A stretch of DNA of 64,000 nt from a virus (lineage: Duplodnaviria; Caudoviricetes), in IMG/VR virus record IMGVR_UViG_3300032038_000036, positions 1 to 64,000 of that record; one strand, 5' to 3'. Made by a program: the position numbers and the translations under genes. How positions within the stretch are numbered: the first letter of the stretch is position 1; the number at the start of each line of letters is the position of its first letter. This document shows, one piece after another, positions 54,269 to 62,284 of the stretch. The notes below the pieces were generated by a model. That model saw only the letters and a program-made list of their open reading frames with translations. It was not told the origin of the DNA and did not search any database.

Positions 54269-54341
54269 GGGGATGTCGTATAACGGTTTATTACGATGGT
54301 CTCATAAGCCGTAGAAGGTGGTTCGATTCCACCCATCCCTA
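54269..54341 (+). tRNA. tRNA-Met(CAT) (or lysidine Ile2)
   Basis: atggt ct CAT aa gccgt. Confidence 0.85.
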
Positions 54342-54445
54342 CACATGGAGGTTCACTTGCGCAGGACTAGTTAAACAGTACTTACAATTATATCTTGCAA
54401 AGAAAAACAATCGGATATCTGATAGTGATAAGATACCTCCACCCA

Positions 54446-54588
54446 AATTCCTTGTTGAATTGAAGAGTTACTTCTTAATCCGCCAGAAACTTTGGATTTT
54501 TAGCTTAATTGGTTAGAGCGCGGGCCTGCAAAGCCCGAGGTGATGGTTCAAGCCCATAAATATACTTTTCGAGAATGTTACAGGAATT
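54446..54588 (+). ncRNA. Y-RNA-like module E enclosing tRNA-Cys(GCA)-like cloverleaf with decayed acceptor
   Basis: GAGTTACTTC; AATTCCT/AGGAATT; gctt aattggtta gagc g cgggc ct GCA aa gcccg. Confidence 0.72.
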
Positions 54589-54592
54589 ACTT

Positions 54593-54665
54593 GCGGCTGT
54601 CGTATAACGGTTTATTATACTCGCCTTCCAAGCCAGGGACGTGGGTTCGACTCCCATCAGCCGCT
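54593..54665 (+). tRNA. tRNA-Gly(TCC)
   Basis: ctcgc ct TCC aa gccag. Confidence 0.9.
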
Positions 54666-54787
54666 CGCATTAGTAATGGAGTTTGGTAACGCAGAGTTTT
54701 CTCAAGGTTCTCCACGTTAAATTTAAAAACTGCTTTTAATGTGGGCACCGTTTTATATTCGAGAATATAGTACGGTGCTTATATAAT

Positions 54788-54860
54788 GCATCTGTCGTAT
54801 AACGGTTCAGTACGTTCGCCTTCCAAGCCTAAGACGTGGGTTCGACTCCCATCAGATGCT
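54788..54860 (+). tRNA. tRNA-Gly(TCC)
   Basis: ttcgc ct TCC aa gccta (mismatched stem). Confidence 0.85.
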
Positions 54861-54875
54861 CTATTCTTAATTGAT

Positions 54876-54949
54876 GGCCCTCGGGACAGATTGGTTTAAG
54901 TCGTCGGTCTCTCAAGCCGGAATAACGGGTTCGAATCCCGTGGGGGCTA
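54876..54949 (+). tRNA. tRNA-Glu(CTC)
   Basis: tcggt ct CTC aa gccgg. Confidence 0.88.
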
Positions 54950-54957
54950 CAATAATT

Positions 54958-55089
54958 CGCGGAGTGGTGAAATTTAAAATTAGACTTTATTCGCTGTTGC
55001 TTCGAATGAATGCTGTAGATTAGAGTTACTTCGGTATACACGCTTTTCAGGAAAAAAAGATTATGTTGGTTCGAGTCCAACCTCCGCGA
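54958..55089 (+). ncRNA. tRNA-like gene with permuted Y-like module F inserted in D loop
   Basis: CGCGGAG/CTCCGCG acceptor; GTG AAATT [about 54976-55032 insert ending GAGTTACTTC] GGTATA CAC. Confidence 0.72.
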
Positions 55090-55197
55090 CGACGCAGTTT
55101 CGAAAGACCCATACTCTGGTGTGATGAGATAATATCAAGGAAGCACATACTAGTGGCAAAAAGTAGAGGTTCAAAATGGTGGGAAGCCATTAACAAT

Positions 55198-55272
55198 GCG
55201 GGTGTAGTATAACGGTTATTACATGACATTGCCAATGTCGAGACGTGAGTTCGACTCTCATCATCCGCTCCA
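55198..55272 (+). tRNA. tRNA-Gly(GCC)
   Basis: tgaca tt GCC aa tgtcg; encoded CCA. Confidence 0.92.
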
Positions 55273-55328
55273 TTTTGGAATCATATTGAACAATTGGTGA
55301 ACTTTAGTGTGGTTCCTGTTCACCCCAT

Positions 55329-55401
55329 GCGGTAGTAGCTCAATTGGTAGAATGTCACCTTGCCAAGGTGAAGGTTGCGGGTTCGAGTCCCGTCTACCGC
55401 T
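55329..55401 (+). tRNA. tRNA-Gly(GCC)
   Basis: tcacc tt GCC aa ggtga. Confidence 0.92.
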
Positions 55402-55514
55402 CACAATAAAAATAGTCCAATGCCGATAAAGTTCTTACAGCACGGTATAAAAACATGTATATTTATCTGTAAGTAATATATGCATAGATAGTTTAAGTGG
55501 TTTCTATCATTTAT

Positions 55515-55661
55515 GCGGATGTAGTATAAAGGAAAGTACACCGTTAAAAAGATTTTTATGACCTTTTAACGCTGTTACATCGTAAGATTGTTGTAGTTGA
55601 GAGTTACTTCAAATTATTGCATTCCAAGCCGGGGATGTTGGTTCGAGTCCAACCGTCCGCT
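55515..55661 (+). ncRNA. tRNA-Gly(TCC) interrupted in anticodon stem by permuted Y-like module G
   Basis: GCGGATG/CGTCCGC acceptor; CCG [55544-55618 insert] GC at TCC aa GCCGG. Confidence 0.75.
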
Positions 55662-55937
55662 CAAATTATTTAAGATCTTAAATCCAGTTGTTGTTCCTGT
55701 TCTGGGAGAATATATTCCGGTATATCTCATAAAAACAAAAGCAGGGCCGTGACAATACAGAGGATTCCCTGAGGCCTCTGAAAAAATCCGCTTAGGGCCA
55801 TCTTCATGAGGTTAATGTTGAAATCCCGCCCTCGCAGCTTGAGCAACTATAAGCCTTGATTATAGTAAAAAACATATCGGGACAAGACAGGGAGAATGGT
55901 TGACCTGTCATTTTTATAAATAAATAGGAATTTTGTT

Positions 55938-56261
55938 ATGGAATACACTTACAGTGGATTAGAAAACAGAATTTCTGCGGAACACTTGAAAGCTGGTGAA
56001 GTTGTAAAAGTTACAGGAAAGGGGAATTCGATGACCCCAATATTAAAGTCTAGACAACCTGTAATTTGTATTCCAGTTGATGAAAATACTGTGTTAGCGA
56101 AACGTGACATAGTTTTGTGCAAAGTCAATGGACATTATTACCTTCACCTTATTTGGAGTTTGAAACCAGGAGATAGATTCTTGATTGGGAATAATCATAA
56201 TCATCCAAATGGGGTTATATCAAGAAACAATATCTTTGGTAAAGTGGTAGAAATTCTATGA
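55938..56261 (+). CDS. S24/S26 family peptidase-like protein
   Basis: GNSMTP, DIVLCKV, YYLHLI, IFGKV. Confidence 0.8.
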   Translation: MEYTYSGLENRISAEHLKAGEVVKVTGKGNSMTPILKSRQPVICIPVDENTVLAKRDIVLCKVNGHYYLHLIWSLKPGDRFLIGNNHNHPNGVISRNNIFGKVVEIL

Positions 56262-56306
56262 GTTTCACAAACTCATTATTTTTCCTTAATTCCTTTTTAT
56301 TAACAT

Positions 56307-56381
56307 GGTGTCGTTAACTTAACTGGTGAAAGGCGGTGACTGTGAATCACTGAGATGTCGGTTCGAATCCGATGCGACACA
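56307..56381 (+). tRNA. tRNA-His(GTG)
   Basis: ggtga ct GTG aa tcact; G-1. Confidence 0.88.
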
Positions 56382-56547
56382 CGCGATAAAACTATAATAA
56401 ATTCTAAGTAATGCTGTCGAGGTTAGTCCGAAGGTAACGAAGAAGTGTACACCTGCAACTCAGGAGAGGAAAATTCGCAGAAACATCGGTGAGGGATTTA
56501 TTTACAATTTGAGTTTTTGATAAGTTGTTTAAGAAATTGTTTTATAT

Positions 56548-56631
56548 GGTGGTATTCGTCTAGAGGCCGATGACGCCAGATTGTGGTCCTGGTAGCGAGA
56601 GCTCACGTTGGTTCGAATCCAACATACCACC
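56548..56631 (+). tRNA. tRNA-His(GTG) with long variable arm
   Basis: ccaga tt GTG gt cctgg; G-1:C73; V arm tagcgagagctcac. Confidence 0.85.
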
Positions 56632-56796
56632 CGAATATCTTGAAGGACATACCTGTATATGAACCAGGAGAAGTTACCGTAGGCAACCAATGTGTAGCAT
56701 CATACAATCAAGGCAAAGCATTAGAGTTGTACGGGATAGTGAAATGTAAAGGTATCTATCGAGGCTTATGCTTGTGCCAGTCAAACAAGCATCATT

Positions 56797-56883
56797 GGAG
56801 GTGTGGCAGAGCGGTCGATTGCACCGGTCTTGAAAACCGGAGGCCGTGAGAGCGGCCCGTAGGTTCGAATCCTACCGCCTCCG
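56797..56883 (+). tRNA. tRNA-Ser(TGA)
   Basis: ccggt ct TGA aa accgg; long V arm. Confidence 0.93.
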
Positions 56884-56903
56884 CAATAATATATAGAGAG
56901 AAA

Positions 56904-57224
56904 ATGAAAATCGATGAAAAGAGATTTTTACAAGAAAGCGATAAAACCGGTCGTTTTATTGTAAAATCAAAAATAACAGGAAAGAAATATTTTGTAGAAC
57001 CTATTGGTAATACACATTCTGCAGATTGGGGAGATTTGGATCCTGCAACAAAAAAGATGACTGGATCTTATGGAGAACGATATGAAGGATGTGTACCTGA
57101 AAAAGATTCTCTTATAACTGAAGCAAACGGATTTGAGAAAATTGAATTGCTTGATGCTGGTGTTTCTCCATTATCAGAAATTGATAGAAGAGATAGAGAA
57201 TATCAGAAACAGATGGGTTTATAA
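56904..57224 (+). CDS. hypothetical protein in tRNA array
   Basis: ORF. Confidence 0.7.
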   Translation: MKIDEKRFLQESDKTGRFIVKSKITGKKYFVEPIGNTHSADWGDLDPATKKMTGSYGERYEGCVPEKDSLITEANGFEKIELLDAGVSPLSEIDRRDREYQKQMGL

Positions 57225-57260
57225 TTTTATTTTTAATTACAAATATAATTATATAATAAA

Positions 57261-58376
57261 ATGAAAGACTTATTTGAGTTTTTATCAGATAATATTTATG
57301 AAAAGGATATATTCCTTGAGACAGTAAATATGATTGTTGATGAAACAATTAATGAAAGTTTCCAAGCATCAATATTAACTGAATTAGCAAAGAGAATTAA
57401 AGATGCTGAAAAGGAACATGCTGACCAAGATAAAAAAGAAGAACAAAGATACAAAGAAGAAGGTCGCGGTTATAAGCCAACAAAGACAGCAAAAACTTTC
57501 GCATCTATTTTTGGTCCATTAACAGAAACTCCAAGATGGGGTGACAAGAAAACTGGTATTCGTGGTTTGAAATGGTCAGAAATTAAAGATAGTGATTTCA
57601 AACAATATAAAGGTGATGATAAAGAATTTGTAAAGTTCTTAAAATCAGTTTATGCAAAGAAAGCAATTGCCGATATGATTGTTTGTGCTCCAGGTACTAA
57701 AGATATTGTATGTTTTATTAAAGGATATGCAAAAACTTTAGGAGATGTAAGAGTATATTACTTTGCAACAGAAGGTTGGAAAAAGGGTGTTCAAGAGAAA
57801 ACTGAAAAGAAATACAAATATGATGTACGTTCTTTGAAGGTTAATGAAACACTTGAATTGATTAAAGATTTTGACGTATATGTTCTTGAAGTTACAGAAT
57901 CAATGATTAAAGATTATGATGAACTTCATAAAGATCGTACTGATGCTCAAAAAGGTTCAATTGAAATGGACGAAGCAAGTATGAAAACTTTGCTTAAACA
58001 ACAAAAAGCTCGTTATGATGCAATGGTTAAAGAAATAAAAGCAAAGAAACTTCAAGATGATCCAAATATTTTATTCAATGACATAAAGAAAGCAAATGAT
58101 GATGTTGTTGCTTTGTTCCAAAAGGTAATGTCAAAACCTGAAAATATGGATATGCGTTTTGATTTATCAGATTTAATGAGATATGTTTCTTATGCATATG
58201 AACAATTCTACAAATCAATGAAATCTCTTAGAACTGCTAAACGTAGTGAAGATAGATATGGTAAGGGATATGGGAAATATGATAAAGAACGTTCTGATGA
58301 AGAAATTCGTGATGCAAAAGAATATCTTGAAAAGGTAAACAAAATGGTTAAGGAGATTGAAGACCAATTGAAATAA
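57261..58376 (+). CDS. Lys/Glu-rich hypothetical protein
   Basis: 371-aa ORF. Confidence 0.75.
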   Translation: MKDLFEFLSDNIYEKDIFLETVNMIVDETINESFQASILTELAKRIKDAEKEHADQDKKEEQRYKEEGRGYKPTKTAKTFASIFGPLTETPRWGDKKTGIRGLKWSEIKDSDFKQYKGDDKEFVKFLKSVYAKKAIADMIVCAPGTKDIVCFIKGYAKTLGDVRVYYFATEGWKKGVQEKTEKKYKYDVRSLKVNETLELIKDFDVYVLEVTESMIKDYDELHKDRTDAQKGSIEMDEASMKTLLKQQKARYDAMVKEIKAKKLQDDPNILFNDIKKANDDVVALFQKVMSKPENMDMRFDLSDLMRYVSYAYEQFYKSMKSLRTAKRSEDRYGKGYGKYDKERSDEEIRDAKEYLEKVNKMVKEIEDQLK

Positions 58377-58401
58377 CCTTAAAGATAATACTATTTATAA
58401 T

Positions 58402-58613
58402 TACGGGCAGTCATAGGTTGGTGCACAGGCCTATGAATCGAAGCAGCCTGTTAGCTACGGCAGCAGGGGAAATCGTTCGTTCCGTTCCTTAAGTGCGTGG
58501 TCTGAGGAATCTATAGAAGCGTTAGTTAGAGTTGTTGCACCTTTGTATCTTCGGATATGTGCCACATCCTGTAGAGGGCGAGAAACCTCGTTGAAACTCG
58601 AAAGAGCCACGTG
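58402..58613 (+). ncRNA. unknown structured RNA with pseudoknot
   Basis: GC-rich non-coding; TCATAGGTT/GGCCTATGA hairpin whose loop GGTGCA pairs with TGCACC (58536-58541). Confidence 0.5.
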
Positions 58614-58616
58614 TAT

Positions 58617-58685
58617 CGGGAGTTAGCTCAACGATAGAGCCATGGATTTTACTGTGAGACGGTTGTTTAACTCAATCACTCCCGA
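58617..58685 (+). pseudogene. pseudo-tRNA with 6-nt anticodon loop
   Basis: perfect CGGGAGT/ACTCCCG acceptor, GCTC/GAGC D stem, degenerate D and T loops. Confidence 0.65.
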
Positions 58686-58690
58686 CAAAA

Positions 58691-58751
58691 TTGGTTACGC
58701 AGTAAATGGTACATGTATGCTAGCTATTTGGTTCGATTCCAACGTAACCAA
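58691..58751 (+). ncRNA. tRNA-like RNA lacking a proper anticodon arm
   Basis: TTGGTTACG/CGTAACCAA stem plus TTGG ttcgatt CCAA. Confidence 0.55.
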
Positions 58752-58942
58752 CTAATAATTTGGATGCCTGCATTATCTTTTTTGACGGGTGAAAGCAGAT
58801 GGAAGATAAAAACCAGCTCGGCCATTAAACAACAGAATGTGTCCAAATAAATAATAGGTTGAATAATGACGTAACCTTAATCGTGATGGTCATTCGTGTG
58901 GTTCGGTGCCTAAGACTGCGTTAATGGAACAAGGACACTTAT

Positions 58943-59017
58943 GGGTCGGTGGCGCAAATGGTAAGACGCGCTTGCCTTAGAAGCAAGATCTTGGGGGTTC
59001 GACTCCCCCTCGGCCTA
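58943..59017 (+). tRNA. tRNA-Leu(TAG) lacking long variable arm
   Basis: cttgc ct TAG aa gcaag; V loop atctt. Confidence 0.85.
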
Positions 59018-59146
59018 CGCCTAATAGAATACTTGGGAGACTAAGAAAGGAAACGTAATAAAGATACATAAGGCCTTTGTTGATTTATTACAGACTCATC
59101 GCAAGATTTTCCTGGAGTCGGCAGTGGAATACCAAGAGGCAGATCT

Positions 59147-59222
59147 AGGAGCATAGCTCAGCTGGTTCAGTAGCGTCAGTCTTACAAACTGAAGGTCATG
59201 GGTTCGATCCCCATTGCTCCTA
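59147..59222 (+). tRNA. tRNA-Val(TAC)
   Basis: tcagt ct TAC aa actga. Confidence 0.9.
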
Positions 59223-59469
59223 CGAATACGATACCGCGTTTATGGGTAAGTTTATCCGGTTAAAATAAAACCACCTTATAACTCATTATTCAATGACTTG
59301 GTGATAGGAACTTATCGTTACCTATGAAAAAAGGAAATCATCAAGCTGAAAGAGATAGTATAACGACCTTGTCATGGCAACGTTATACATTTTTAGTAAG
59401 ACCAGTTATGTGGGTATTTGTATGTCGCGAAGTACAAATATTCATTGGTTAGAATAATTGAGTGTTTAT

Positions 59470-59548
59470 GCGGCTGTGGCGCAATTGGTCGACGCAGCGG
59501 TCTAAGAAGCCGTCCTTCGGGGTATGGGTTCGAGTCCCATCAGCCGCA
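59470..59548 (+). tRNA. tRNA-Leu(AAG)
   Basis: gcggt ct AAG aa gccgt. Confidence 0.88.
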
Positions 59549-59696
59549 CAAAGAGATACTAAGAGGTTTACTCAATGATGTATTCAAAGTACAAGGATAT
59601 TAGAGTATGGGATAGCGGGCGCTAACAGTGTGATACAGAACTTCGCACACTTAGTAACAACATAGGCGAGTGTACAGTAACTTATGGCTCTTAAAT

Positions 59697-59784
59697 ACCT
59701 TCTTGGTGGAAATGGTAGACACGCCAGTCTAAGAAACTGGTCCGAAGTAACAGTAGGGTGCGGGTTCAAATCCCGTGGGAGGTA
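59697..59784 (+). tRNA. tRNA-Leu(AAG)
   Basis: ccagt ct AAG aa actgg; long V arm. Confidence 0.88.
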
Positions 59785-59788
59785 CAAA

Positions 59789-59854
59789 TAGAACTTATCC
59801 GGTGAATGCGCGCGGGATGAGAATACTAGGAGGGTTCGACTCCCTCAGTTCTAT
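59789..59854 (+). ncRNA. tRNA-like RNA lacking anticodon arm
   Basis: TAGAACT/AGTTCTA plus GAGGG ttcgact CCCTC. Confidence 0.6.
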
Positions 59855-59886
59855 TTATATAATAAATTAATATAATAGAGAGAAAA

Positions 59887-60135
59887 ATGATTACTCATGA
59901 TTTAAAGACAATTGTAAAAGGTTCTGCCGTTCTTGATTGTGTAAAGGCAGGTGGTATTGCTGTTTATCATATAACAGTAGAAGATGGTACAATTTATTCA
60001 CTTGATATTGATTTGTCTGATAAGCATGATGTTGGAGAAACTGCTACATTTATGTCTCATTATGATAAAGCTTTAATATTGATGAGATGGATAAGACGTG
60101 CAATTGATAATGAAGAATTGTATAAGATAAACTAA
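59887..60135 (+). CDS. hypothetical protein in tRNA array
   Basis: ORF; same upstream AGAGAGAAAA as 56904. Confidence 0.65.
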   Translation: MITHDLKTIVKGSAVLDCVKAGGIAVYHITVEDGTIYSLDIDLSDKHDVGETATFMSHYDKALILMRWIRRAIDNEELYKIN

Positions 60136-60263
60136 TTTGTTGTATCAATATATTTTTATACGAGGATAGGCTTTAATGCCTGCGGCTTGAACCGCTGCTG
60201 TCCGATTTATAACGGCTAACGAGATTTAATCTCCGTGAGAACAAATGGATCCTCGTTTTTAAT

Positions 60264-60342
60264 GGCCCGATGGCGGAATTGGTCTACGCAGCTGTCTCAA
60301 AAGCAGTGCTTCGGCGTCTGGGTTCGAATCCCAGTTGGGCTA
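60264..60342 (+). tRNA. tRNA-Leu(CAA)
   Basis: gctgt ct CAA aa gcagt. Confidence 0.92.
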
Positions 60343-60479
60343 CTCGCAATTGACATTACTTATGTAATTAGAATGATTTGGAGAAAAAAATTTCTAAATC
60401 ATTCATTTTTTGTGAAAATATTTTGTCCATAAGACTATTTTATATTTATTATTAATTAAATTAAAAGAAAATATCGCAA

Positions 60480-60590
60480 ATGCAATTAGTCAATACATAT
60501 AAACAAATATTAGACCAAACATTAGATAATGCTTGGAATAAGGATTATGCGTTAAATTTTGACCACTTGCAGAATGATATGGAAGGATAA
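60480..60590 (+). CDS. leader peptide 2 of tRNA array (36 aa)
   Basis: MQLVNTYKQILDQTLDNAWNKDYALNFDHLQNDMEG; GACCACTTGCAG (60561-60572) complementary to CTGCAAGTGGTT (60618-60629). Confidence 0.78.
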   Translation: MQLVNTYKQILDQTLDNAWNKDYALNFDHLQNDMEG

Positions 60591-60621
60591 TAAGAATATA
60601 ACTATAAAATGATATAGCTGC

Positions 60622-60658
60622 AAGTGGTTAGGTGAAAAACTTAACCACTTATTTTTTT
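60622..60658 (+). terminator. attenuator terminator 2
   Basis: AAGTGGTTAGG tgaaaaa CTTAACCACTT plus A(T)7. Confidence 0.85.
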
Positions 60659-60689
60659 GTAAAAATTTCTAAAATATTTTCATAAATAA

Positions 60690-60728
60690 TTTGAAATTAA
60701 AACAGAAGATACTATATTATAATTGTAA
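60690..60728 (+). promoter_or_regulatory. phage promoter motif ahead of tRNA array 2
   Basis: 39-nt motif copy. Confidence 0.72.
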
Positions 60729-61038
60729 CAAAATTAAATATTATTTAATAACAAATATTATTTGATTTTTAGTTCTTTGAAATATTGAACTCAAGAGAAA
60801 TAAAATCCACTGGGTTATTGAAGAATAGGTTCAATTCCGATTCTATAACGTAGTCAGCCGGTACTCCTAAATAGGCAAAAGGAGCAATAATTCAGTAAAG
60901 GTACAAAGGTACTATATATGAGGGATTGAAAATTTCCATGGGAATTTGAAAATCAGGGTAAAGTGACCCACCACATGTAGAGCAAGGATTCGCACTTAAA
61001 TGAACATTATAGAAGAATAGTACTGGATTTTTATAAAT

Positions 61039-61109
61039 TGGATCATGGTGTAATGGTAACACGCAAGATTTTGGTCCTTGCGTTCTGGGTTCGAGCCCCG
61101 GTGATCCAA
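61039..61109 (+). tRNA. tRNA-Gln(TTG)
   Basis: caaga tt TTG gt ccttg. Confidence 0.9.
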
Positions 61110-61151
61110 CAAATTGATGTAGAAATTTTTTTGAAATTTTTCTTACAAAAG

Positions 61152-61190
61152 TTTGAAATATTGAAATTAAGTTCTATATTAATATTGTAA
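61152..61190 (+). promoter_or_regulatory. phage promoter motif
   Basis: 39-nt motif copy. Confidence 0.72.
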
Positions 61191-61239
61191 TTTTCAAATA
61201 ATATTTAGAAAAATGTTATTTGATTATTTACACTTGAGA

Positions 61240-61268
61240 TCTTTGACATATTGGTACAACAAAATAAA
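61240..61268 (+). promoter_or_regulatory. boxA-like antitermination element
   Basis: TCTTTGACATATTGGTACAACAAAATAAA direct repeat. Confidence 0.6.
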
Positions 61269-61532
61269 TTTAATAAGGATCCTCTGAGATGGGTGCCCTA
61301 AGGTAGAAGCTTGAGGATTGAAATGGATAATGTTTTATGCAACATCAAAAGCAGCTGTTTATTCAGCGGCGCCCGTGGGTATTAATCCCGATGAAAATAT
61401 CGCCTTATTAAAACAAAAAACTGATTTGGAAGAGGAGTGGTGGAAAACCCCTTTCAATGGGATGCCAAGCAACCCAGCGAAATAGTTCAGTAAATATATG
61501 TAGTAATACAAACAGAATTTCCTTATCATTCT

Positions 61533-61605
61533 GGTCTTATAATTTTAATGGTTAGAATACCTGATTAGTAATCAGGATGTTTGAGTTCGAATCTCAATGG
61601 GACCT
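61533..61605 (+). tRNA. tRNA-Thr(AGT)
   Basis: cctga tt AGT aa tcagg. Confidence 0.85.
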
Positions 61606-61747
61606 CAATATGAATGCCTTCGATGTAAATTGGAAGATTATTTAATAAGTTGGAATAACATTCATAATTTAGGCCGAGAGAATACCACAGGAGCAGATTG
61701 AAATAAGTATTAGCTGATGTGGAACAATATTCTTGATGACGCCATTT

Positions 61748-61821
61748 GCTCTGTTAGCTTTAATTGGTAGAGCGCCGCACTTGTAATGCGGATGTTATCG
61801 GTTCGAGTCCGGTACGGAGCT
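61748..61821 (+). tRNA. tRNA-Thr(TGT)
   Basis: ccgca ct TGT aa tgcgg. Confidence 0.93.
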
Positions 61822-61878
61822 CCCGAAAGTACGATAGGTTTCAGGAATTTTCCCATCGTACTAAAAAATTCCAAATTT

Positions 61879-61952
61879 GGGCTTGCATGTACCAAGGCTG
61901 GCGAGGTTCCCTTGCAAGGAACTTGTGGAGAGTTCGATTCTCTTCGGGTCCA
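61879..61952 (+). tRNA. tRNA-Ala(TGC)
   Basis: gttcc ct TGC aa ggaac; G3:U70. Confidence 0.87.
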
Positions 61953-62104
61953 CAAATACAAAACTTCTATAAAGGAAATTTACTTAAGCTGCAGATTTTG
62001 TAAAAAGTATGTTATAGATGCGTCCGTTAGAAGTAATTTGATAGTTCATTTCCCTATGAAGGTTAAGGAGTCGGTAGAAGTAGAATCCGGCGCGGACATT
62101 TTTT

Positions 62105-62176
62105 GCTCCTGTAGCTCAGTGGTAGAGCAGTAGACTGTTAATCTATTGGTCGTGGGTTCAATCCCCTCCGGGAGCG
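62105..62176 (+). tRNA. tRNA-Asn(GTT)
   Basis: gtaga ct GTT aa tctat. Confidence 0.92.
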
Positions 62177-62284
62177 CGAACATGGCGAAACATATCCAGT
62201 AACTATAGGTGAACAGAAAGGTGAACAGCAAATAACCGAGTATGACTGGTGAATTTCACAAATCATGAATGATGCTGCATTCAT

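Noticed and set aside
58617-58685. Ochre (TTA) suppressor tRNA
   Set aside because: Loop ATTTTA is 6 nt and the D/T loops are degenerate; no anticodon can be assigned
51111-62231. ORF-track entries overlapping tRNA genes (e.g. 51111, 51594, 53148, 53369, 54829, 56583, 59418, 60235, 61710-62231)
   Set aside because: They overlap or are antisense to clear cloverleaves; spurious ORFs from locally higher GC
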